Positions 52,371-64,000 of a stretch of 64,000 bases of DNA are shown here, piece by piece; the first letter of the stretch is position 1; every line of letters starts with the position of its first letter. A program made the translations under genes and the position numbers. The DNA comes from Thalia democratica (taxonomy: Eukaryota). The stretch is taken from positions 88,970,001 through 89,034,000 of the forward strand of contig OZ241826.1 in assembly GCA_965202585.1 (NCBI GenBank), written 5' to 3'. A model generated the notes under the pieces. It worked only from the letters and a program-made list of their open reading frames with translations, made no database searches and had not been told where the DNA came from.

Positions 52371-54177
52371 GGGTGGGTGTCAATTTTGCACGAGCGTCTG
52401 TTTTGCACGAGCGTCACTTTTGCACAAAGGGACACTTTTGCAAGAGCGTCACTTTTGCACGAGGGGTCACTTTTGCACGAGGGGACACTTTTGCACGGCA
52501 ACTCTTTTGCACGGAGGGTCACTTTTGCACGAGGGGACACTTTTGCACGGTCGACACTTTTGCATGGCGTCACTTTTGCACGAAGAGACATTTTTGCACG
52601 GCGACATTTTTTCACGATGACAATTCTTTATGGCAGCTTTGTTGCACAACAACACTTTTGCACTTAGAGTCACTTTTGCACGAGATACGTTTTGCATGAA
52701 GGTACATTTTTGCACGAGGGGACTCTTTTGCACGGCGTCTTTTTAGCACGAAGAGACACTTATGCACAGAGTCATTTTTGAAAGAGGAGACACTTTTTCT
52801 AGGCGACATTTTTTCATGATGACAATTTTTTACGGCAGCTTTGTTGCACAACGACACTTTTGCACAACGTCACTTTTTTAAGATGAAGTTTTACACAGCG
52901 ACATTTTGGCACTATGACCTTTCCGCACGGAACATCATTTTGCATAAAGTCCAATTAAACGCTTATTTAGATTTATAACATATAGAAAAACATAAATCTA
53001 TTGCGTGCGTTTTTTTATTATATTTAAAAAATGTACTCAGATAAAAATATATATTTTAATGTATTGAACTACATTTTTGTAAAGATTGATAATATAAATT
53101 GAAACCTTTTTTTAACTTTTAAAATAAAACTTTTGTATTAATTATTTTCTAAAAAATCTCAATTTAAAAACAATGTGCATTAAAAAAACCAAAAAATTAC
53201 TTACTTTTCTTGAATCAATTTACTTACATTTAAAGTATTTTTATATCCTATTTCCAAACTAAATTAATTTTTTTGTCCCTTGTATAAATCTTTTATAAAT
53301 AACTTTAATTTATCTTATCGTTAGTTTGTTTCTAACATCAATTTTTACTGTTTGAAATTTTAAATATGTGGTTTTTTTCCTTAAATATAGGTATGTTATA
53401 AAATTTTAGTTTTCAGCTTCTTTTTATGTTACAGATTTGGTACTAGCTAAAAAATACTTTTAATTGGCCTGCATGTAAAATTGATGTTCCGAGCGGAAAA
53501 GTCATAGTGCCAAAATGTCGCTGTGTAAATATTCATCTTAAAAAAGTGACGCTGTGCACAAGTGTCGTTGTGCAACAAAGCTGCCGTAAAAAATTGTCAT
53601 CATGAAAAAATGTCGCCTAGAAAAAGTGTCTTCTCTTGGAAGCGTGCATAAGTGTCTCATCGTGCAAAAATGATGCCATGCAAAAATGACGAAAGTGCAG
53701 AAGTGTCACCTCGTGCAAATGTGACTCTCCGTGCAAAAGTGTTGTTGAGCAAGAAAGCTGCCGTAAAAAATTGTCATCGTGTAAAAATGTTGCCGTGCAA
53801 AAGTGACCCTCCGTGCAAAAGAGTCGCCGTGCAAAAGAGTCCCCTCGTGCAAAAGTGACCATCCGTGTAAATAGTCGCCGTGCAAAAGTGTCCCCTCGTG
53901 CAAAAGTGACCCTCCGTGCAAAAGAGTCGCCGTGCAAAAGTGTCCCCTCGTGCAAAAGTGACGACCGTGCAAAAGTGACGCCGTGCAAAAGTGTCCCCTC
54001 CTGCAAAAGTGACCCTGCGTGCAAAAGTGACGCCGTGCAAAAGTGTCCCTATGTGCAAAAGTGACGCTCGTGCAAAGGTGTCGCCGTGCAAAAGTGTCCC
54101 TTCGTGCAAAAGTGACCCTTCGTGCAAAAGTGTCCCTTCGTGCAAAAGTGACGCTCGTGCAAAAGTGACCCGTTCCC
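52371..54177. mobile_element. Non-autonomous Foldback/Mutator-type element, 1.8 kb, with long modular TIRs
   Basis: Left arm about 52371-52960 made of 17-18-bp CACTTTTGCACG units; inverted right arm about 53460-54177. Inner about 180 bp of the arms highly similar in inverted orientation, both termini start GGG, AT-rich 500-bp spacer. TSD AATTTAAGAT (52361-70) versus AGTTTAAGAT (54178-87); the copy B left flank is the exact AGTTTAAGAT. Confidence 0.9.
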
Positions 54178-54361
54178 AGTTTAAGATATATCTTTTTTTA
54201 CAATTTTTGTTTAATATTTAAAGCAAAGTTTTCAAACCATTTTGAAAACTGCGCTAAGTTAAAAAAAACTTAGTCTGTCTTCTTTGTTAACCTACCCAAA
54301 CCATGTAGTGTAACTTTCAAATCTTCCGTCAATTATACTTCAGACCTAAAATTGTACTTAG

Positions 54362-54580
54362 AGGTCAGTGTGAGCTGAAAAAAAGCTGAGTCATCAATTT
54401 TTCAAAGCTTGTTTTGTTTTATTTCGTTTTAATTCATAATATTATCTGTAACCCACGTTACCAAAACAAAAGAATTAGTAAAAAATTAAATTAAAAGAAA
54501 TAAAATTTAAAATAACATGAAATAATTTTCCATATTGCTGACTTAGCTTTTTTTCAGCTTTATTTAGCTTAGATTGACTT
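54362..54580. mobile_element. TTAA-type MITE, diverged copy
   Basis: TTAG|AGGTCAGTGTGAGCTG ... TGACTT|TTAA, with internal inverted AAAAAAAGCTGAGTCA / TGACTTAGCTTTTTTT. Confidence 0.55.
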
Positions 54581-54943
54581 TTAAGTATAATAAAACTTTA
54601 CATCAGAAATTTCGATAAATTTCTAATTTTAATTTATCAGTTATTTTGTTACACTTGATTTATAGATATTTAATAGTTTTAAACTTTTTATGCGAGCTGT
54701 TAGCTTTGCTTTTTTACATAGTTTTACAAACTATCATTTTACAATTCTAATCTTCAGGCTTAGTTCTTAAGTGATAGTTTTTTAGTGTCCTATTAAACTA
54801 AGTTTGGGTAAAGTACCGAAATCTGTTTGGCTGCGATGTGTTTGTTTAGAATTCAAAAAAGTTGTAGAAGTGTCTTAAAATTCTCTTATTAATGAAAAAC
54901 TTTCAAAAATATTCAAAATTCGAAACTTTCGTTCATGTTAGTG

Positions 54944-55279
54944 CAGGGTTTGACAAACTGCGGCCCGAGGGCCAAATGAGGTGCTTAAAGTAAAAATCTG
55001 CGGCCCAAAAGCTCCTTTTTAGCCAAAATATTACTTTTTTAACTTATTAAAATTTAAAGATTTTGTGATAAAAACTTAATTCAATAAATAATGTTTAGTA
55101 GTGCTTTAACATTGCTTAATTTATCATATTTTTGATGTTAAATAACATGTTTCAAGCGGAAACTAAATTTTTTTTGTAAATAAATGCGGCCCTCAAAATT
55201 GTTTTATAAATAGTGCGGTCTGCGGGCAATTTTTCCTAGGAAAATTAGCTCGCGAATTACATAAGGCTGTTTACCCCTT
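54944..55279. mobile_element. Degenerate hAT (Charlie-like) MITE
   Basis: Starts CAGGGTTTGACAAACTGCGGCCCGAGGGCC, has internal GCGGCCC repeats and ends CCCCTT. Flanks TGTTAGTG and GGTTAGTG match 7/8 as a TSD. Confidence 0.7.
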
Positions 55280-57764
55280 GGTTAGTGCTTATTAGTAGTT
55301 GTTGACAGTGTAATGCACGCATTACCATAAAAGCAGTCTATTGACAACGTGCGACCTGGTTTTGTATCATTCTTTTTGTTCGTTGGTTTATGTAGAATGG
55401 TATATAACAATTTATAAGTTAAAACGTGCTTAAATGATTTACACTTAAATGTTTTAATACTTTAAATTTCAAAATAAAACCCTTTCAATCTGTTCTTAAC
55501 TGTTTAAATATTAATAATACAGCATTTCAACTGTTGAAAAATAGTACCATATTTAAGATCTTGGCGTACTTTTGGTCACAAGCTATTTAAAAATACTTTA
55601 CTTGTAAAAACATGCTTCCGTTTAAATGTAATTGTATACGAGTGTTTTTATTTGAGAAAGAATTTATTAATTACAAAAATGTTAATGTGTTTTTAAATTT
55701 GAAACTTTGTATTAGTAGTAATTTAATTCAAAAAATTCTGCTTTTATATAGAAATATTGATAAGTAAACCTAATTTTTTATATGAGTTAATAAAAATCGT
55801 ATTTATAAGTCATAATAAATTAATTTGGTTAGTAAAAATTATAAAAAAATATTGTGATATTTTATAACTGTACTAGAAATTTTTCTTACAAAAGTACTAG
55901 TTACAATTTATTTATCTAAACAATTTAAATAAAAAATATGAATAATTTCTTTTTAGTTTTACTTAGAACTAAATAAATAAAAAGTTATCAAAATTATAAA
56001 AAGGTATGTACTAGTTTGTTTTCTATACAGATTCCTTAAGTTCTGTGGTTTAGTTTTTTCAATACTTTAGATAAAAAATAGGTCCTAATAATATCTATGA
56101 GCCATTTTTTTCTTTTTGCAAAACATTAAAATTTTTTTAGATACAGCTTATATAAAGTAAAAAACATAGTTATGTTTAGAACCTTTAATATATTTTTAAA
56201 AATGTTTAAGTTTTTGCGAAAAAATAAAAGTGGTATGTAGATATTAATAAGATCTACATACATATTCTTTTTATTTTATGAAACTTGTATTAGTTTTTGA
56301 GATATAGTGTTTTAAATATTTTTTATAAGAACTTGAATTGTGGGAATTTGAATTGTCCGAATTTGAAATGTCATGTAACCTTTTAAAGATGCGTTTTAAA
56401 TTATTTTTTATTTACAAAAAACTCAAAAAAAAAAGTAGAAAAAATGAGTTTTCATAAAAGTATAACGGTTAAATGATAAATAAAATCAAGTTCTTATGTA
56501 AAATATTAAATTACCACATTTTTAATTGTAAATTGAATTAAAAAAAAAGTTCTCCTTAAGGTCTATTATCATGGTTAAAATTAAAGTAAAACAACTTTTT
56601 AATAACCTGAAACCTCATAATTTGAATTTTCAGATTTTAAATAATCGTGCACCCAAATAAACCTATAAAACTACTAAAATATATATGGATATTTTTTTAG
56701 ACAAAATAAGTTGTTTTATTACAATTAATTTTTTTTTATTTTTAAAATAAATTAATCATTTCAACGAAATTTAATAAAATAAAATTGAAATGATCAAATA
56801 AGGTATTTAAAAGAAAAATTGAAGTTTAATCTAAAGATGTTAACAATAGGTTTTAATATTGTTCTTAGTTTACCAATTGCTAATTTACAATTTAGATACT
56901 TTATGAATATTGATAATGCTTTTGCGCTACTAAATTATTTTTTGATAATTACAATAACTGTAAACTTTTTAAATTCAAAACTGTAATTAATTAACACTTC
57001 GTACAAAAAAATCTTCTAAAAATGCGAACATCTAGTTTGTAGCTTAATAAGTGATGCCGCAGGCTTAAGTTGTCAAAACAAAAGCTTACAGTACAGAAGT
57101 TAATAAGGTATTTAAAAACTTAGTTGGATCAACTACCTTTCAAAAAAATAGTTTTTAAATTTTGTTAAACGAACAACGTTAAAAATAAAAAAGATTCTAA
57201 TTAGAATTTTTAAGTTTATGTAGTGTTCAAAAATTTTAAATGAACATCTTCAATTAAACCTTAAACATATAGACCTTTTTAAATAAACTCTTGCTGAATT
57301 TACTTAAATAGTATTTTTTCTACTTATAAAATCTATAAAAGTAGTAATTACTTTTATCAAAAAACAATAACTAATACAAGGACAAATATAACAAGAAATA
57401 ATAATGTTCTTTTAACTACACAAGGTAAACAAATAAACAATTTTGATACTAAAAGAAATAAAAATAAAAGTAACATAAACAAATAAGCATACGTGTAAAA
57501 GTAACACTTAAAATATTTGATATAATACAGGGTTGCCACTCTCTGAGTCGAAAAAAAAACTGTACTGAGTGACCTAAAACTGCACTGAGTCACAATGAAA
57601 ATTTTATAATTCTTTATAGATTTAAAAAAAAAAATCAGAATTAATAAAAATTATAGACTTGAACAATATTGTTTATAAAATAGTGTTACCGAGAGTTATT
57701 TTCTTATCCAGACCAATGATTTGACCTGGAGGCAAAAATCTGATATCAGAATAAAAAAAAATGT

Positions 57765-58130
57765 ATGGTAGTTTACCAGTTTAACTGCTTCTGTGAAGAT
57801 AGTTATGTCGGTATTACTTCAATGCAATTTGTTAAAAGGGTAAAAGAACATATTCAAAAAAGTATTGATGAAATTTTATATTAAGTTGTAAGTAAAATAA
57901 ATCTAAAAGAGTAGTAAATGCTTCAAATTCTTTTCAATGCTTTTATTACAGAACATCTAGTTGATAACTCTGATTGTGCAAGTAGTTATAACTTGAAATA
58001 ACTTAAAAACATTAGAAGTTGTTTTAACATTTTTAATTTTATTAAACTTGAGGTTATATAAATTTTAATAAGTAAACCTAATTTGCATAAAAACAAAGAT
58101 TTTTATTATACTGTTTCTTTGTTTTCATAA
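57765..58130 (+). mobile_element. Penelope-like element relic (GIY-YIG), copy B
   Basis: MVVYQFNCFCEDSYVGITSMQFVKRVKEH ... ITEHLVDNSDCASSYNL ... YTVSLFS*. Confidence 0.88.
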
Positions 58131-58851
58131 TTAGCTTTATAAGTTGTTACGTATGTTTTATTTATTTTTAGTTCTATTTTAATTAAAAGTTCTTATGTAT
58201 TTTTAATTACCATTTGCACAATTATTATTACTTTTACATTGATAACTTTTTGACTATATAGACTTGATATAAAACTTTATTTTATTTCTTAGTAATCAAC
58301 TACCGAGTTTAGCTTAAAATATATAATGTTATTATTTTACTTGTGTACTTTTGAAATAAAATAGTCTGTCTTCAATTACTATGACAAGTTTTTAATCTTA
58401 TTGCATAATATAATGTTTGATACCAAACTTTGAAAATAAGTCTTAACAGAATAACAATATAAACTTAGTATAGTTTTTAAACATTTTGTATTACATAAAA
58501 GTAAAAATAAGTTTTTTTCTATTTATACTGTTTTTTATAATTGTAAAAACAAATACATTAATGCTTTATAAAGTTATATCATTGAATGAATGTTAGACTA
58601 TTTAAATTATTTTTTAAGAATAAAAAATAAAAAATATTTAACTTTATTTTACCTTTTTAAGATTGTTAAACTTTACATTGTTAATTTACTTTAGTATGAA
58701 ATTTTAAACAGCCATAAATACCAGTAGTTTTTCTTAAAAACCCTAATTCATTAAAAATGTTAGAGATAACTGTTATTTTTTATTAATAAATAGTAAAAAT
58801 TGTTTAGTGTATACAAAGTTCTAGTATAGATAAAAGTAATACCTTCCAATT

Positions 58852-58933
58852 ATGAACAAGTTTGTTAATGTGTCAAGGGGTCAAGCACAAAAGCGTTTCG
58901 AAGAAAATTTATTAAAGAATTTCAACAAACAAG
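58852..58933 (+). CDS. BACK-Kelch gene B, exon 1 (MNKFVNVSRGQAQKRFEENLLKNFNKQ)
   Basis: 82 nt, donor AAG|GTTGAA, paralogous to 48802-48883. Confidence 0.7.
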
Positions 58934-59636
58934 GTTGAAATATAAACTTTTTATAGTAAAATGTTTGTAAACGCTAAATATGATTAGTTTTGGTGCATTT
59001 TAACTAATACTTTTTATATAAACTAAGTAGTTTGTAAGCGTATTTATGTGTATGTTTAGTAGAAGTCTACAAATATTTCTTATACAATTAGAAAATATAA
59101 AAATTATGTTCGTTTTAATAAATAAAAAATTACTAAAAGTTTTAGGAAACCTATTTTTTATAACCAGATACCTGACAGTAATTTTACTCTTTAACTATAT
59201 AACTTTTTATTTTCTTTAAAGGGTTGTAATATTAAACAAATTTAAAGCAGGGTTTGTCAAAACTATTTTCATTACCGGATATTTTCAAAAATTTAAATAG
59301 AAATCTCTTTCTTTTTACTAGCCCCAGAATGTCTGATGTAAGTTCTAATTTTTACTTTAACTATACTTAGATGCCTTTATTTTTATTCTTCAAAACAAAC
59401 CCTACAACGTTTAGCTAATACTTTTTAGTTGTGGTTGCCAAATTAGATATTGCTCGATTGGTTTAGATACTCTTATTTTCTACAAGTTTCATTACTTACC
59501 CGGAAAATGTAGTGTACTTATTTTTTGCCTTCTTACTAGTTATCACCTCCGACTTACTAAAATGCCTACGTGTCACTTATGCACAAGTATACGCTTTAGC
59601 ACTTTATATGTTTTAGTTAAACTTGATATTTTTCAG

Positions 59637-61044
59637 ATGAAAATGAGATAAAGAAAAACGAATCGATTTTAGCTTTGAAACTGGGTAAGTTTTTGCTAAA
59701 TAAAGATAATAGTACGACGAAAAGCAAGTACTTATTAGAGACAATAACTTTGAAAAATGTTACCACGTATTACAGTTTAGCTAATTTATATCAACTGTAC
59801 AATGATGCTAAACAAACTCTGGCTTATATTGAACGTTGTTTTCAAATGGTAGCTGATACTGAAAACTTTTTACACTTAAAATTTAGCCTTGTTGCAAAAA
59901 TACTTGCAAGCTCTGAGTTGAACCTTCACTCTGAAGTTGAAGTCTTTAATGCAGCAAACAGTTGGTTGAAACACAACAGTGAAGAACGTAACAAACATGC
60001 AATAGAACTGCTGTCAAAAGTTCGACTTACCTTGCTGTCAGAAGATGATTGAGACATCTTTTGAATACAAATTCATCATTTCATGCAAACAGTAAATGTG
60101 TTGGAATATTGAATGCAGCTTTGGATTACAAGAAAAGCAATTCAAGTAACTGTTCTGAAAGTAGATATTGCAACCAAAATAAGTTTAATATAATGTTATG
60201 TGGTGGCTTTGGACTAAACTTTTGCGCTGTTAGAACTGCACTTCAAATCAATGGGAACAACTTTAGTGATGTTAAAGTTCTACCTGAAATGATAAATGAA
60301 AGAGAGTTTTCAAAAGTTATTTGTTTGAAAGGAGATGTTTATATACTCGGTGGTTATGATGAAAACGTGCAAAATATAAAAAGTATTGATAAATATTCAC
60401 CTTCTACTAACAAATGGACCGTAGTAGATGATATGATTGATGACCGTTGTAACTTTTGTGCATGTGCATGTGCATTTATGAATAAAATATTTATATTTGG
60501 AGGTCGGTGTAAAGTAAATGATAATCATAGAATATTGGCGGCTAATACTTGTTTACAATTAGATGTCAGTGACAAAAGTTGGAATAAAATTACCGAAATG
60601 AAAACGCCAAGATCAGATGCAGCTTGTGTGGTTTTTGAAGGAAACATAATAGTCTCTGGTGGTATCGTTGATTTTACTGTAAACACAGACACAGTAGAGT
60701 CATATGATGTTATTGCTGACAAATGGTCATCATTTCCTAGTATGATGCACGGTAAGTGCGGTCATAGTTTGGCTGTTGTTAGAAATTTCTTATTTGCTTT
60801 CGATACCTATCCTGGTATAGCTGAGGTTTTTGACAATGTTAGTAATAACTTTGTTGCTTTTAAACAACCACATTCCTTTGGAAATCATAAAGCTGTATCG
60901 ATAGGTAGTAAAATCATAATCATTCAAAATGAGAAAAAGCAGATAGTTTGTTATGATGTTGATAAAGAGGAATGGTCTGAAGAACCGTATGAAACTACAA
61001 AACATCCAATAGGTTTTGCTTGTGCAAAAGTACCTTGGTTCTAA
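59637..61044 (+). pseudogene. BACK-Kelch gene B, exon 2, with a 1-nt deletion near 60045 (premature TGA at 60050-60052)
   Basis: A reads TCAGATGATGCAGTGAGACAT and B reads TCAGAAGATGATTGAGACAT (one nt shorter). The downstream kelch frame stays open to TAA at 61044. Confidence 0.88.
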
Positions 61045-62084
61045 ATATTTTTAAGTTATAACAGTTTAAACTAGGGTTTCTCTAGCTTATTTTCATGGTC
61101 AATCCCTTTGCAAAAATTAAAAACAAAAAAGTTCGTTCAAGCGAAGTTTATTATAAATTATGTTGTCGTACTTTTCTTTTGGTTAATTTTCTTATCAAGT
61201 TAAACATTTTTGTTGTTTAAATAAACTTAAAGCTCAAAAAATATCTCTTTATATTACCTTTAATTTGGTTACTTAATATTATTTTAACATATACAGTATG
61301 TTAATAAAAATATTTACTATTAAACTGCTTTAGAGACGCTCTTTAGTTGAATTACTATATAGAAAATAATTATACTTTTTAAAATCAATATATCTTACAT
61401 AAATAAATTATAAATTTATCTTTGTTTGTATAAGTTTTTAAAACAAATAAGTATATTGTACAACCTATAAATAATAAAACTGACTCAATGGTATATCAAA
61501 AAACCACAACTTGTTTATATTAAATATTTTGACTAGCATCGTAGGTCATTGATTATTAGAATAAGTTTGTGCAACAGTCGGCAACCTGATATTTTCGGCC
61601 AAAAGACATGCGTTGCTTGCGTAAGTTTTCTTTTAATTTCTTATTAAAAATATTGTGCAAACCAAAAAATATTTATCTTTTTTAATTAAAAAAATTAATA
61701 AAATCTTACTCTATGTACATGTAAGTGATTTCTAGCTATTGACTTTTGAAGTTTTGCTGTTAACCAGTGTTTTATAATTTTATACTGTAAAATAAACAAA
61801 CCATTATTAATATTAACAAAGTTTTTACTATACTTAGCTGCTATAATAAATATTTTAAAACCTTTTATGTTTACGCTTTAAAATTTATAGTAAGATTTTA
61901 TAAATATACAAGGTTTGATCAGATATTTTCAAATATCGGGCTCAAGAAACACCTTTATAAATTTAGTTCGTTAACTAGTAAGTTACTTAAAAAAGTGTAT
62001 TTGTTTCAGTAATTAAAACAATAGTATTATTTTTTTAAAGTGTTTTATAAACAGTAACCTTAAATTTAAGGAGAGTATGCTTAA

Positions 62085-62290
62085 AGATCAGTGTGATCTA
62101 AAGAAAGCTGAATCAGCATTTTTAGAATATTTTATATTAAAATTAATTTTTTATTTATCCTTTTTCCTGACCCACCTTACTCAAAAATTTTAGATATTAA
62201 TCAAAAAGTTTAAACAATCAAAATTAAAACCAACATGAAAAAAAGCTTTTTTTTGTTGCTGAACCACCATTTTAAATCTTATAATGACTT
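62085..62290. mobile_element. TTAA-flanked MITE, copy B
   Basis: TTAA|AGATCA ... TGACTT|TTAA; near-identical to 52054-52260. Confidence 0.6.
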
Positions 62291-62400
62291 TTAAGTATAC
62301 TAGCCGCATTTAAATTTAAACATTTAAATAAAATTTATGTTTAACTAAAACATCTGAACTAAACAGTTTAACTTCAGCTAAAGAACTTATAGTTTAAGAT

Positions 62401-64000
62401 GGGTTGGTGTCAATTTTGCACGAGCGTCACTTTTGCACGAAGGGACACTTTTGCACGAGCGTCACTTTTGCACGAGGGGTCACTTTTGCACGGTCGTCAC
62501 TTTTGCACGAGGGGACACTTTTGCACGGCGTCACTTTTGCACGGTCGACACTTTTGCATGGCGTCACTTTTGCACGAAGAGACATTTTTGCACGGCGACA
62601 TTTTTTCACGATGACAATTCTTTATGGCAGCTTTGTTGCACAACCACACTTTTGCACTTAGAGTGACTTTTGCACGAGATACGTTTTGCATGAAGGTACA
62701 TTTTTGCACGAGGGGACTCTTTTGCACGGCGTCTTTTTAGCACGAAGAGACACTTATGCACAGAGTCATTTTTGCAAGAGGAGACACTTTTTCTAGGCGA
62801 CATTTTTTCATGATGACAATTTTTTACGGCAGCTTTGTTGCACAACGACACTTTTGCACAACGTCACTTTTTTAAGATGAAGTTTTACACAGCGACATTT
62901 TGGCACTATGACTTTTCCGCACGGAACATCTTTTTGCATGAAGTCCAATTAAACGCTTATTTAGATTTATAACATATAGAAAAACATAAATCTATTGCGT
63001 TCGTTTTTTTTTATATTTAAAAAATGTACTCAGATAAAAATATTTATTTTAATGTATTGAAGTACATTTTTTTAAAGATTGATAATATAAATTGAAACCT
63101 TTTTTTAACTTTTAAAATAAAACTTATGTATTAATTATTTTCTAAAAAATCTCAATTTAAAAACAATGTGCATTAAAAAAACCAAAAAATTACTTACTTT
63201 TCTTGAATCAATTTACTTACATTTAAAGTATTTTTATATCCTATTTCTAAACTAAATTAATTTTTTTGTCCCTTGTATAAATCTTTTATAAATAACTTTA
63301 ATTTATCTTATCGTTAGTTTGTTTCTAACATCAATTTTTACTGTTTGAAATTTTAAATATTTGGTTTTTTTCCTTAAATATAGGTATGTTATAAAATTTT
63401 AGTTTTCAGTTTCTTTTTATGTTACAGATTTGGTACGAGCTAAAAAATACTTTTAATTGGCCTGCATGCAAAATTGATGTTCCGTGCGGAAAAGTCATAG
63501 TGCCAAAATGTCGCTGTGTAAATATTCATCTTAAAAAAGTGAAGCTGTGCACAAGTGTCGTTGTGCAACAAAGCTGACGTAAAAAATTGTCATCATGAAA
63601 AAATGTCGCCTAGAAAAAGTGTCTTCTCTTGGAAGCGTGCATAAGTGTCTCATCGAGCAAAAATGATGCCATGCAAAAATGACGAAAGTGCAGAAGTGTC
63701 ACCTCGTGCAAATGTGACTCTCCGTGCAAAAGTGTTGTTGAGCAAGAAAGCTGCCGTAAAAAATTGTCATCGTGTAAAAATGTTGCCGTGCAAAAGTGAC
63801 CCTCCGTGCAAAAGAGTCGCCGTGCAAAAGAGTCCCCTCGTGCAAAAGTGACCATCCGTGCAAAAGAGTCGTCGTGCAAAAGTGTCCCCTCGTGCAAAAG
63901 TGACCCTCCGTGCAAAAGAGTCGCCGTGCAAAAGTGTCCCCTCGTGCAAAAGTGACGACCGTGCAAAAGTGACGCCGTGCAAAAGTGTCCCCTCCTGCAA
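62401..64000. mobile_element. Foldback/Mutator-type element, copy B (right end outside the window)
   Basis: Same insertion site and structure as 52371-54177, with a different number of TTTTGCAC units. Confidence 0.9.

Larger units (their letters stand above)
45858..54177 (+). repeat. Tandem segmental duplication, copy A
   Basis: Collinear with 56381-64000+ at an offset of about 10.0-10.5 kb, sharing the same Penelope relic, kelch gene, TTAA MITE and foldback element. Confidence 0.95.
56381..64000 (+). repeat. Tandem segmental duplication, copy B (runs off the right edge)
   Basis: Collinear with 45858-54177. Confidence 0.95.

Noticed and set aside
52364-54221. Many short ORFs (HEGTLL, ARGDTF and CKSVPS repeats) here and at 62399-64000
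   Set aside because: They are translations of the 17-18-bp TTTTGCAC subrepeats, open in several frames on both strands.

Overview
AT-rich (roughly 25% GC by eye) animal genomic DNA with spliceosomal introns. No prokaryotic features, tRNA/rRNA genes or CRISPR arrays were found. Left half (1-31 kb): the 5' part of a Suppressor of Hairless/RBPJ (CSL) gene on the minus strand. Four core exons and two candidate alternative first coding exons can be spliced in frame, and the gene continues beyond the left edge. Its core exons have about 93% GC at third codon positions, and its introns and upstream region carry CpG-rich islands. Two of these islands contain head-to-head CSL binding-site pairs with the same 14-bp spacer. 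Middle (32-45 kb): a single-exon ORF broken only by homopolymer indels, its inverted partial duplicate, a degenerate multi-exon gene, a kelch relic and a 134-aa orphan membrane-protein ORF. Right (46-64 kb): a roughly 10-kb tandem duplication. Each copy has a Penelope GIY-YIG relic, a two-exon BACK-Kelch gene with a truncated BTB region (copy B is frameshifted), a TTAA MITE and a Foldback/Mutator-type element built from TTTTGCAC subrepeats with a 10-bp TSD. All alignments and counts were made by hand, and family assignments come from recalled motifs, not database searches.
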